A DNA stretch of 63,989 nt, filler included, from Myxococcota bacterium (GTDB lineage: Bacteria > Myxococcota > Myxococcia > Myxococcales > Myxococcaceae): assembly GCA_049322255.1 (NCBI GenBank). It is 3 parts of 3 records of this genome, joined end to end, with 100 filler letters (N's around TTAATTAATTAA, not from the genome) between each part and the next. Parts side by side here need not be neighbours in the genome. Positions count along the whole stretch, not along the records: positions 1 to 24,024 come from JBMORE010000061.1; positions 24,125 to 47,779 come from JBMORE010000062.1; 1 more part is not named here. One strand, 5' to 3'. This document shows, in pieces, positions 18,206 through 27,340 of this stretch. The notes under the pieces were generated by a model, which did no database searches, was not told where the DNA came from, and worked only from the letters and a program-made list of their open reading frames with translations. The position numbers were made by a program, and so were the translations under genes. Numbering within the stretch: the stretch's first letter is position 1; every line of letters begins with the position of its first letter.

Positions 18206-19188
18206 GCCGTATCGACGACGAGCGCGACGCCGCGCGAGTGGCAGAGAGAATCGCCCTCCAGCGCCGCGAAGAGGAGCAGAAGGCCAAGGACCGCGCCAGC
18301 GCCGACTCGGCCTTCGCCAAGCTCGTCGGCCAGCAGAAAGAGGCAAAAGCCAAGGCGCAGCGCGACGCCGTGGGCCGAAGCGCGGTGGAAAAGCTACTCG
18401 AGGAGCAGGAGGGGCAGCGCTCGGGCGAAGCCGCCCACACAGCCACCTCGACCGTCACGGAGAAGGGGCAGGCTCGCAGCGCCGCTGCGCGGGGCAGGGG
18501 TGCGCTGGAGCGCAAGGCCTTCGAAGCGACGCTCAAAGAGGGGTCGACCGCGCAGGAAAAGCGCGCCGAAGCCGGCAAGAACGTCGAAGTGGCCGAGAGC
18601 TCTCACCGGGGTGAGGCGCACGCCGCCGAAGGGCGCGCCGAGGGCCGCCGGGGCGACGCCCGGGCCGGGAGTGACGTGCTCAACGAGCGGCGCGAAGAGG
18701 GCGCCCACCCGGGCCAACCCGCTCGGGGAGGAGCCCCCGCCGCCCAAGGCGAGCTCCAGGCCGACGCGGACAAGGGTGGGGGACAGGGCGGCCAGAAGAA
18801 GGACGAGAAGCCCTCCGACCCCTTGGGGGGAGGCTTTCGCTTCAACCCCGCGTTGATGGCTCCCGTGCCGGTGGCCCAGGCGAAGAAGAGCTCCGGGTCC
18901 GACCGCCTGCGCGCGCTGGCCAGCGAGATCGCCCAGAAGATCGTCGAGCGGGTGCGGGTGGGCACCAACGCCGCCGGCAGGGCCGAGTTTCAGATCGACT
19001 TACGCAGCGAGGTGCTCTCCGGCCTGTCCATCAAGGTCTCCAGCTCGGGCGGGAAAATTGCCGCGGTCTTTTCGGGGAGCGACCGTGAGGTGATGAAGCT
19101 GCTTCGCGAGCAACAAGAGGCGCTGGAGCAGGCGCTCACCCGCCGGGGGCTTCAAGTCGAAGAGCTACGAATCGAGGACCGCGCGTGA
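18202..19188 (+). CDS. sctP: Length-control/ruler protein SctP / FliK family
   Basis: Disordered body with C-terminal T3S4-like domain (EFQIDLRSEVLSGLSIKVSS...LREQQEALEQALTRRGLQV); sctO-P-Q order. Confidence 0.78.
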   Translation: MSRIDDERDAARVAERIALQRREEEQKAKDRASADSAFAKLVGQQKEAKAKAQRDAVGRSAVEKLLEEQEGQRSGEAAHTATSTVTEKGQARSAAARGRGALERKAFEATLKEGSTAQEKRAEAGKNVEVAESSHRGEAHAAEGRAEGRRGDARAGSDVLNERREEGAHPGQPARGGAPAAQGELQADADKGGGQGGQKKDEKPSDPLGGGFRFNPALMAPVPVAQAKKSSGSDRLRALASEIAQKIVERVRVGTNAAGRAEFQIDLRSEVLSGLSIKVSSSGGKIAAVFSGSDREVMKLLREQQEALEQALTRRGLQVEELRIEDRA

Positions 19189-20428
19189 GCCCGCCGCCCA
19201 AGGTCGCCACCGGCGAGCGCACCATGAGGGTCAGTGCGCCCGTCTTTCACCGCTCGGGGAAGGTGTGGCGCGACTTCAAGTTCACCCATCTGGAGAAGGT
19301 CACCGGGGCGCAGAAGCTTTTGGCCAAGCGCCTGGAGTGGCTCTTGCCAGGGCTCAACGCGAGCGGGGTGGCCAGCGAGGCGGTGCGCGAGCGGCTCAAG
19401 CTTTTGTTCGAGGAAGAGGTGAGGCTGTCGGTGGAGTACGTTCACGTCATCTCTCCCAAGGCGCTCAAGAAGCACGTGGGCGACCCGACGTTTTTGGGCG
19501 TGGTGGCTCCGGTGCCGCACAAGACGCGCGGGCTCTTGGAAGTCGAGCTGGCGCTGGCGCACACCGCGATCGACATGCTCCTGGGCGGTGCGGGAGAGAC
19601 GGTGGCGCTGCGGCCGCTCACCGAAATCGAGGAGGGGGTGATGACCTACGTCCTCATCGAGACCCTCAAGGCGCTCTCCCCGCACTTGGACCCCGGCCTG
19701 CCGAGACTGCGCCTGGAGGGGTTGATTCGCGGCGTCGACGAGGCGCTTTCACTGCTCTCCGAGGAAGCGCAGGTGGCGGTGGTGCAGCTCAAGTGCGTCT
19801 TGGGCGGGCAATCGGGGTACTTGCGCCTGTTCATCCCCGCCTCGGTGCTGGCGATGACCCAGCCTCCTCCGGAGGCCGAGGCGCGCCGAGCCAAGCGCGC
19901 CGCCGACTTCGCCGCCCACCGAAGCCGTCTGGCGGGAGTGAAAGCGTGGCTCCGGGCAGAAATCGGCTACGCCGCCGTCACCAGCGCCGACCTCGTCCAG
20001 CTGCGCGATCGCGACGTGGTACTGGTCGACCAGCTCACGGTGCGGCCCGACCAGGGNNNNNNNNNNNNNNNNNNNNNNNNNNNNNNNNNNNNNNNNNNNN
20101 NNNNNNNNNNNNNNNNNNNNNNNNNNNNNNNNNNNNNNNNNNNNNNNNNNNNNNNNCCTCCGAAAGGGGACCAGTGGACCAGAGCATGCACAAAGCCGAG
20201 GGCGGAGAGCTCCTCAACGACATTCCGTTGCAGATCGCGGTGGAGCTGGCGCGGGTGTCCATCACCGCGGAAGAGGTGGTGGCCTTGAAGGTGGGCGAGG
20301 TGCTCGATTTGAACCGCGTGCCGGGCGAGCCAGTCGAGCTGTCGGTGAACGGTAAGGTCGTGGCCCGGGGCGAGCTGGTGGAAGTCGAGGGCCACCTGGG
20401 TGTGCGGGTGCTCTCGCTCGCCGGGTAG
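19185..20428 (+). CDS. sctQ: T3SS C-ring protein SctQ (FliM/FliN-like), interrupted by a 100-N gap
   Basis: N-part LRPLTEIEEGV...LRAEIG...LRDRDVVLVD; C-terminal SpoA domain DIPLQIAVELARV...LKVGEVLDL...VELSVNGKVVARGELV; frame across the gap unknown. Confidence 0.85.
20057..20156. other. Scaffold gap (100 N)
   Basis: Run of 100 N inside sctQ. Confidence 0.99.
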
Positions 20429-20451
20429 GCAAGCTGTTCATTGGCGCTCCG

Positions 20452-21009
20452 TTGCCTATTCCACTACGGTTCGGCCCCGTGACGGCACTCCTCTTCGCCG
20501 GGCTCGCCCTGCTGGCGCAGGCTCCTGTCCCTTCGGGTGCCGCGCCTGCCACCGAGGCTTTGGCGCCCGTTGCGCCGGCGATGCGTGGAGACCGCGACCT
20601 GCCCGACCTCACGGCTCCCAGCGCGCCGCCCGTGGAGGACATGAGCCTGGGGTGGACGCTCGTTCGCACCCTGCTCGTCCTGGGCATCGTGGTGGCGCTC
20701 ATCTACCTTTCTCTCAACTTCGGGCTGCGCAGGCTGATGGGTCTTCGCGGGCCTGCCGGCGGCGGCGTATCGCTGGTGACGCTTTTGGAGCGGCTGCCGC
20801 TCGACCAGAAGCGCGCACTCTTCGTCGTCAAGGCCGCGGGCGACTACCTGCTCATCGGCGGCGGCGAGCAGGAGCTCTCCCTCATCGCCAAGCTCGACCC
20901 CGAGGAGGTCGAGCGGGTGGTGCGCGAGCGGCCCTCGCCTACGGTTACCTCGAGCCCCTTTTTGCAGAAGCTGCTCGCCAAGCGCGGCGGTCCGCCGCCT
21001 TCCGCGTGA
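20452..21009 (+). CDS. fliO: FliO-family export gate chaperone
   Basis: TM helix TLLVLGIVVALIYL then VTLLERLPLDQKRALFVVKAAGDYLLIGGG...LSLIAKL (FliO pattern); sits between fliN/sctQ and fliP/sctR; start uncertain. Confidence 0.82.
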   Translation: MPIPLRFGPVTALLFAGLALLAQAPVPSGAAPATEALAPVAPAMRGDRDLPDLTAPSAPPVEDMSLGWTLVRTLLVLGIVVALIYLSLNFGLRRLMGLRGPAGGGVSLVTLLERLPLDQKRALFVVKAAGDYLLIGGGEQELSLIAKLDPEEVERVVRERPSPTVTSSPFLQKLLAKRGGPPPSA

Positions 21010-21011
21010 GG

Positions 21012-21836
21012 ATGAACTTCGTGAACGCAAAGCTCGGACGTTGGCAGCGCGCGCAGCTCTTTGCCTTCAGCGCCGCCCTCCTGGTCTCGCAGGTGGCGTT
21101 GGCGCAGAAGAAGGGCAAGGGGGCGCTGGCCGGCGTGGACTTGGGCTCGGACAACTTCAGCGGCGAGTCGTTCGCTTCGCGTCCGCTCATCCTCATCATC
21201 GCGCTGGCGGCGCTGGGCCTGGTGCCCTTCGTGCTGTTGATGGTCACCAGCTTCGTGAAAATCTCGGTGGTGCTCTCCATCGTCCGCTCGGCGCTCGGCA
21301 CCCAGCAGATTCCGCCCACCCAAGTCATCACCGGGCTGGCGATCATCCTCACCGTCTACATCATGGCGCCGGTGGGGCAGGAGATGGCGCGCGTCGCCGA
21401 CGTCGCCGGCTTCCAGTCCACCGAAGGGGTGTTCTCCTCGCGCACGGTGGGCGAGCTGTTCGAGGCCTCGAAGCGCGCCAAAGAACCCTTGCGCGACTTC
21501 TTGCTCAAGAAGGTCACCACCAAGGACCGGTCGCTCTTCTTCAACCTCGCGCTGAAGATGCGCAAGGTGGAGGACCGCGAGGGCGTCACCGACAAGGACT
21601 TCTTGGTAATCGTCCCTGCGTTCGTGGTGTCGGAGCTCAAAGAAGCCTTTCAGATCGGCTTTCTGCTCTTCGTGCCCTTCATCGTCATCGACATGGTGGT
21701 GGCGAACATCCTGCTTGCGCTGGGCATGCACATGCTCTCCCCGACCACCATCTCCATGCCCTTCAAGCTCTTGCTTTTCGTGCTCGTCGACGGCTGGTAC
21801 CTCATCGCCAAGGGCCTGGTCGTCGGTTACCTGTAA
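21012..21836 (+). CDS. sctR: Export gate protein SctR / FliP
   Basis: MVTSFVKISVVLSIVRSALGTQQIPP; PAFVVSELKEAFQIGF; LPFKLLLFVLVDGW-type motif. Confidence 0.96.
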   Translation: MNFVNAKLGRWQRAQLFAFSAALLVSQVALAQKKGKGALAGVDLGSDNFSGESFASRPLILIIALAALGLVPFVLLMVTSFVKISVVLSIVRSALGTQQIPPTQVITGLAIILTVYIMAPVGQEMARVADVAGFQSTEGVFSSRTVGELFEASKRAKEPLRDFLLKKVTTKDRSLFFNLALKMRKVEDREGVTDKDFLVIVPAFVVSELKEAFQIGFLLFVPFIVIDMVVANILLALGMHMLSPTTISMPFKLLLFVLVDGWYLIAKGLVVGYL

Positions 21837-21847
21837 GGAGGCGCACC

Positions 21848-22114
21848 ATGCACCAGCTCACTTTCATCACCCAGCAGGCGCTCTTTCTGGTGCTGGTGGC
21901 TTCGGCACCGCCGGTGATCATGAGTTTGATCGTCGGCTTCATCATCTCGGTCTTCCAGGCGACCACCCAGATTCAGGAGCAGACGCTGTCCTTCGCGCCG
22001 AAGGTGGTGGTGGTCTTCGGCATGCTGGCGCTCTCCGGTGGGTGGATTGGCGCCCAATTGGTGCGCTTCACCTTCCACATCTTCGACCGCTTCCCCTATC
22101 TGCTCGGGCGATGA
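21848..22114 (+). CDS. sctS: Export gate protein SctS / FliQ
   Basis: IISVFQATTQIQEQTLSFAPK; AAGGAGG RBS. Confidence 0.96.
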   Translation: MHQLTFITQQALFLVLVASAPPVIMSLIVGFIISVFQATTQIQEQTLSFAPKVVVVFGMLALSGGWIGAQLVRFTFHIFDRFPYLLGR

Positions 22115-22941
22115 ACCTCTCCGAGGTCTTCTCCACCCTGGCCCAGGAATTCGGGCTCGAGGTCAACCTCACGGTGGTCATCCTCACGATGGCCCTGCTC
22201 CTGTCGCGCATCTTGCCGGTGATTCTCCTCTCGCCGTTCTTGGGCGGCGAGGTCGTGCCTCCCGAGGTGCGGCTGGGGGTGGGAGTGATGCTCGGCCTGG
22301 TGCTCTTCCCTGGCGTCGCCGATCGAATGGGGTACGTGCCGACGGCGGCGATCCCTTACGTAGCGCTGCTTCTCAAAGAGCTCTTCTTCGGCCTGTGCCT
22401 TTCCTTCGTGGTGGGCATGGTGTTCGAGGCGGCCCAAGTGGCAGGCACGCTGATCGACACCATGGCTGGTACCAACATGGCGCAGGTGATGGTGCCGCAG
22501 ATTCAGCAGCAGGTGTCCCTCTTCAGCTCGCTCAAGCTGCAGCTGTCGGTGGTGCTCTTCCTCACCTTGAACGGCCACCACCTGGTGATCGGCGCCTTCG
22601 CCGACAGCCTGCTCGCCCTTCCGCTCGACAAGTTCCCCGCGCTCTCTGGCGGAGCGTGGCCGTTCTTCGATTTGGTGCTGCGGGTGTTTCAAGACCTGAT
22701 GCGCCTGGGTCTGGCGCTCGCCGCGCCTGCCTTCGTGGCGGCCTTTCTCACCGATCTCGCGCTGGGGATGATCAACCGGGTGGCGCCCCAAATTCAGGTG
22801 TTCTTCGTCTCGATGCAGATCAAGCCCATGGTGACGGTGCTCGTCATCTTCATCGCGCTCACCCTCATCTTCGATCGGCTGGTGGGCGAGTACGGCTACA
22901 TGTTCCAGCGGGTGCGGGAGGCGATCCGGCTGCTCGTGTAG
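22111..22941 (+). CDS. sctT: Export gate protein SctT / FliR
   Basis: KELFFG...AAQVAGTLIDTMAG; TDLALGMINRVAPQIQVFF. Confidence 0.95.
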   Translation: MNLSEVFSTLAQEFGLEVNLTVVILTMALLLSRILPVILLSPFLGGEVVPPEVRLGVGVMLGLVLFPGVADRMGYVPTAAIPYVALLLKELFFGLCLSFVVGMVFEAAQVAGTLIDTMAGTNMAQVMVPQIQQQVSLFSSLKLQLSVVLFLTLNGHHLVIGAFADSLLALPLDKFPALSGGAWPFFDLVLRVFQDLMRLGLALAAPAFVAAFLTDLALGMINRVAPQIQVFFVSMQIKPMVTVLVIFIALTLIFDRLVGEYGYMFQRVREAIRLLV

Positions 22942-22959
22942 CGGCGGTCGACACATTCC

Positions 22960-24024
22960 ATGTCATCTGAAGGCGGCGAGAAGACAGAAGAACCCACAGA
23001 CAAAAAAATCCAAGACAGCCGCAAGAAAGGCCAGGTCTGGAACAGCCGCGATCTGACCGGGGTGGCCGTCTTCCTCGTCGGTCTGGGCGCGATGAAGGCG
23101 GTCTGGCCGATGGTGGAGTCCGAGGTGAGCGCGCTCTTTCGCTTCACCTTCGACAAGGTCGCTCATCCCCGAGAGCTGGAAGTCGCCACCTACCAGATGC
23201 TGCTGATGATGGTGACCAAGACGCTCCTGCTCACGCTCCCGGTGGCGATGGCCTGCGCGGTGGTGGGCGGGCTGGTGAACTTCCTCCAGGTGGGGCCGCT
23301 GCTCGCCGTCGACACCTTGATGCCCAAGCTCGACAAGCTCAACCCGCTGGCCGGGTTGAAGAACATGTTCTCCAAGAAGAGCCTGATCGAGGCGCTCAAG
23401 TCGATGATCAAGATTTCGATCGCCGCCTACGTCGTCTACGGCGTGGTGCGCGACGCGATGGGCATGGTGGTGGGCACCATTCGCGGCGACGTTCCGCTCA
23501 CCTTGGCGGTTTTGGGCGAGCTGGTCTTTCGCGTCTCGGTGCGGGTGGGCTTACTCTTTTTGCTCTTCGCCCTCTTCGACGTCTGGTGGCAGCGCAAGAA
23601 CTATTACAAGGACCTCATGATGACCAAGGACGAGGTCAAGCGTGAATACAAGGAGAGCGAGGGCGACCCGCACCACAAGGCCAAGCGCAAGGAGATGCAC
23701 CAGGAGATCCTCGAGGGGGCCCAGATGGAGGCGGTGAAGGGCGCCGACGTGGTGGTCACCAACCCCACCCACTTGGCGGTGGCGCTCAAATACGACCACG
23801 GCAAGGACGCGGCGCCTCGCATCATCATCAAGGGCGCCGACCGCCGGGCGGAGGCGATTCGCGAATGGGCGAAAGACGCCGGGGTGCCCATCTGGCGCAA
23901 CGTGCCCCTGGCGCGCGCGCTCCACGGCCTTCCGGAGGGAGAGCACATTCCCGAGGAGCTCTACGACGCGGTGGCCGAAGTCCTAAACTTCGTCTACTCC
24001 CTCCAAGTTCCCTCTCCCTCTGGG
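22960..24024 (+). CDS. sctU: Substrate-switch protein SctU / FlhB, stop codon lost at contig end
   Basis: EKTEEPT start, MTKDEVKREYKESEGDP, NPTH autocleavage motif, IPEELYDAVAEVL. Confidence 0.96.
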
Positions 24025-24124
24025 NNNNNNNNNNNNNNNNNNNNNNNNNNNNNNNNNNNNNNNNNNNNTTAATTAATTAANNNNNNNNNNNNNNNNNNNN
24101 NNNNNNNNNNNNNNNNNNNNNNNN
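24025..24124. other. Artificial contig linker
   Basis: N44-TTAATTAATTAA-N44 (stops in all six frames). Confidence 0.97.
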
Positions 24125-24248
24125 TTGCCAACCCTCCATTTTGGCAAGGTGCTCGTTCTCCGCCCTGTAGGCGGCAGCCAACAGTGTGGCCCAGACCGTA
24201 GGCGACTGCCTACGCTGCGTGGTTCCCATACCGGCGGCGGGTTTCGCT

Positions 24249-25754
24249 TCAGCGCCCGGTCTTGATGTCCAAGGTGGGCTTCTTGGGGCCCAGCGCCCTT
24301 CTCTTCAGCTGCACGGTGAGGGCGGGTGCACTCGCCGCCGTCAGCGTGGCCTGGGCCGGCTCGAAGCCTTCCTTGGTGAAGAGGGCCGTCTGGGGGCGGG
24401 AGGCGGACAGGGCGTAGCTCAACGGGGTCTGGCCGACCTCCTGCCCGTCGATTTCCACCCTCGCCCCCAACGGCTCGGAGAGCAGCTGGAGCACCACCGG
24501 CTCCGGCGGCGAGGGAGGCTCGACCCGCGGCGGGGAATGAGCCGGGGTGAGAGGCGGCGTCGGTACCTCGCGCCACAGGCCAGACAGCAACAGGGCTGCC
24601 CCCAACACCCCGCCCGCGAGCACGCCGACGGCGGCGAAGCCGAACACCTTTCGCGAGTGGGCAGGGCGCTCCCTCTTCGCCGTGCCCAAGCCACCTCCGG
24701 GAGCGGCCGTCTGGGGGCGAACGGAGTCCTTGGCGTGGGTGGAGTCGTTCTTCCGCCGGGTGGGCGTGCCGGGCAAATCCATCTCCTCGTCGGGCTGGAG
24801 CTGGTCCAGCCAGGCGGGGTCGGCCTCGGCGGCGATGCGTTCGGCGTACAGCTCGGAGAGGTAGGCCACCAGGTGCGCCGAGCTCGCCGGCAGGCGCTGA
24901 CGCACCACGAAGTCTTCTATCTCCAGCCGCAGCGCCATCGCGTCGGGGTAGCGCTGGGCGGCGTCTTTGTGCAGCGCGCCCAGGACGAGGGGGTCGAGCT
25001 CTTTGGGCAATTCGGGGTTCACCTCGGAAGGAAGTGGCACCTGGCACTCGCGCACCCGCCGCATGGTGGCCACGTCGTTCTCGTCTTTGAAAAGGCGCTT
25101 GTGGGTGAGGGACTCCCAAAAGACGACGCCCAAGGCGAAGATGTCGGAGCGGTGGTCGATGGCCAGCCCGTCGGCCTGCTCCGGGCTCATGTAGGCGTAC
25201 TTGCCTTTGAGCACTCCGGTGGCCGTCTTCTGGGAGCGGCCCATCGCCTTGGCCACCCCGAAGTCGATGAGCTTCACCCCCCCGTCGAACCCCACCAAGA
25301 CGTTCTGCGGCGAGACGTCGCGGTGCACGATGTTCAGCGGCTGGCCCTGCGCGTCCTTGGCCTTGTGCGCGTAGTCGAGGCCGGCGGCGGCATCGGCGAC
25401 GATGCGGCAGATGGCGCCCAGCGGGATGGGCCGCTTGGTGTGGCGGGCCTGTTTTTGCACCCGGCGCAGGTCGTCGCCTGGCACGTACTCCATCGCCAGG
25501 TAGTAGCTGCCGTTCACTTCTCCCAAGTCGAAAATCTGCACCACGTTGGGGTGGTTGAGGCGGGCGGAGACACGCGCCTCGTCGAAGAACATGTGGAAGA
25601 ACTCCTCGTCCTCCACCAGGTGCGGAAGGATGCGCTTGATGACCAAGAGCTTCTCGAAGCCGCGCTCGCCGGCGGCGCGGGCGAGGTAGATTTGCCCCAT
25701 CCCTCCCGAGGCGATTTTCCGGAGCAGCTGATACCTGCCGAACTCGAGGGCCAT
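24249..25754 (-). CDS. Membrane Ser/Thr protein kinase with C-terminal PEGA domain
   Basis: IASGGMGQIY, LVIKRI, IVHRDVSPQN, DFGVAK, YMSPEQ; TM helix; SEPLGARVEIDG...GQTPL. Confidence 0.95.
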   Translation of the reverse strand: MALEFGRYQLLRKIASGGMGQIYLARAAGERGFEKLLVIKRILPHLVEDEEFFHMFFDEARVSARLNHPNVVQIFDLGEVNGSYYLAMEYVPGDDLRRVQKQARHTKRPIPLGAICRIVADAAAGLDYAHKAKDAQGQPLNIVHRDVSPQNVLVGFDGGVKLIDFGVAKAMGRSQKTATGVLKGKYAYMSPEQADGLAIDHRSDIFALGVVFWESLTHKRLFKDENDVATMRRVRECQVPLPSEVNPELPKELDPLVLGALHKDAAQRYPDAMALRLEIEDFVVRQRLPASSAHLVAYLSELYAERIAAEADPAWLDQLQPDEEMDLPGTPTRRKNDSTHAKDSVRPQTAAPGGGLGTAKRERPAHSRKVFGFAAVGVLAGGVLGAALLLSGLWREVPTPPLTPAHSPPRVEPPSPPEPVVLQLLSEPLGARVEIDGQEVGQTPLSYALSASRPQTALFTKEGFEPAQATLTAASAPALTVQLKRRALGPKKPTLDIKTGR

Positions 25755-25850
25755 GTGGCGGGGTCAAGAATAGGGCCGTGCCGCGCGAATCCAAAGCGGC
25801 CCAAGTAGACTGCAAGGCGTCTGCGCCAGCTCCAACGAGGAGGTCGACCG

Positions 25851-27296
25851 GTGCGACCGCTAGTCATCGCTTTGACGTGTAGTGTGGTTGTCCTATCCAC
25901 CGCCGCGCTGGCTGCGTCGCTGCCCGGCGGGCTGTCGATGCCTTCCGTCGAGGACGAGCGCGACGCCTATACGCTGTGGGGTTGGACGTGGACGCTGAGC
26001 CAGCTCCCTTCCGTCGCCGCGCAGCCGACGTACACGGTTTCAGCCCCGGACATTCACAGCGACACCGAAGGCGACGACCTTTGGAGCTACGTCATGATGT
26101 ACCGACGCTCCTCTCAGCCCGGCTACCTAGACCGTGCCAACGCGTGGGCGCGGTACTTCCGAGATGACTACCGTCAGTGCATTCCCAGTGGGGGATCGAA
26201 CTACTGCTACGACCGGGACAACTACATCTCCGACCATCAGTACGGGTGGGGGTTGGTCGCCATGTATGAATTCACCGGCGACGCTGTTTACTTGGCTGCG
26301 GCCGAGGCGATTGCGGGCGACGTGGAGACGCGAGTGAACGGCATCACCCCGGGTCAGACACGCGTGTCCTACTGGGGCATGCGCAAGTGGGCTCGTCATC
26401 TTCTTCTGGCCACGCGGGTGGCAGAGGCCAAACCCAGCACGAGATGGACCGCCATGCGCGACAGGCTCATCGACGCATGGATGATGTCTCCCGACTGGGA
26501 CGCGCGGGGCATGTATTTCAACAGCCAGGAATCGATCGATCTCTCCTCGGGAGCAGGCACCTACGCATCTGGCCGGCGGGCTCAGTCGACGTTTCAAATT
26601 GGTATCGCCGCCGAGGCGCTCTATCAGGCCTTTCGAACAACCGGGCGCACCGACGTCAAGGACCGGCTCGTTGCCATGGCCCGCTACGTGGACCAAAACG
26701 GCCTCGACGCGACGTACCAATATGCGGGCAGCTCGTTCGGCTACCAGGGCAGCGCCTCGTGGCACAACTACTCTGCCAACGGAACCCCGACTTTCTGGGA
26801 CCCCGTCTACACCACCAGCCTCGTGAACACCTTGGTGCTCGGCTACAAGCTCACCGGGGAAACTACGCTGTTCGAGCGCGCCAAGTACTTCTTCAACCGG
26901 GGTACCAAGGGCGTCTACGGTTCACCCACCCAACGCGCCGCCGACGACTCCACGGTGCACCACTTCGTCGACAGCACCTTCGACTCGTCGAGTGGAAGCT
27001 TTTACCTTGCGTACAACAAGGGAGAGCTTCAGTACACCTACCTCCTCTTCGAAAACGGAGGGCGTCCGACGGTCTTGGGCGCCCCGAGCGCGGATGGAGG
27101 CAGCGAGGGGGACGGAGGAAGCACTGGTGGTGAAGGTGGGGCTTCGGACGCCGGAGAAGGCGCGGGTCAGGGAGCAGAGAGTCCGTCGTCATGCGGGTGC
27201 AGACAGACATTCTCCGGCGCCGTTGTCCTCGGAGCCCTTTTCTGGGTGCTTGGCAGAGGCAGGAGGCGCTCTCGATTCGCGCGGCGTTTGAGCTAA
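25851..27296 (+). CDS. Secreted protein with MYXO-CTERM sorting signal; Trp/Tyr-rich helical core, possibly an (alpha/alpha)-barrel glycan-active enzyme
   Basis: GGAGG RBS, signal peptide ...AALA; repeats like TGDAVYLAAAEAIA, TGETTLFERAK; DGG linker then SCGC-hydrophobic-RRR tail. Confidence 0.72.
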   Translation: MRPLVIALTCSVVVLSTAALAASLPGGLSMPSVEDERDAYTLWGWTWTLSQLPSVAAQPTYTVSAPDIHSDTEGDDLWSYVMMYRRSSQPGYLDRANAWARYFRDDYRQCIPSGGSNYCYDRDNYISDHQYGWGLVAMYEFTGDAVYLAAAEAIAGDVETRVNGITPGQTRVSYWGMRKWARHLLLATRVAEAKPSTRWTAMRDRLIDAWMMSPDWDARGMYFNSQESIDLSSGAGTYASGRRAQSTFQIGIAAEALYQAFRTTGRTDVKDRLVAMARYVDQNGLDATYQYAGSSFGYQGSASWHNYSANGTPTFWDPVYTTSLVNTLVLGYKLTGETTLFERAKYFFNRGTKGVYGSPTQRAADDSTVHHFVDSTFDSSSGSFYLAYNKGELQYTYLLFENGGRPTVLGAPSADGGSEGDGGSTGGEGGASDAGEGAGQGAESPSSCGCRQTFSGAVVLGALFWVLGRGRRRSRFARRLS

Positions 27297-27340
27297 GGGG
27301 GGCGAGCACGGAGCCCCACTATCGTTCCACAGGAGACGGT

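Noticed and set aside
19185..20428. Frameshift or pseudogenisation of sctQ
   Set aside because: The frame change coincides with a 100-N gap of arbitrary length.
10118..24024. Claim that this T3SS lacks a secretin, SctV and SctD
   Set aside because: The contig ends inside sctU, so these genes may lie on the missing continuation; absence cannot be shown from this window.
12073..24024. Interpretation as an ordinary flagellar gene cluster
   Set aside because: The ring protein is a short lipoprotein of SctJ type, an SctI-like rod is present, and no flg, fliE/fliF, fliC or mot genes are visible.
24025..24124. TTAATTAATTAA palindrome within N runs (also at 47780-47879)
   Set aside because: This is an artificial six-frame-stop contig linker. 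Genes on either side are not known neighbours, so the kinase and MYXO-CTERM genes cannot be assigned to the T3SS.
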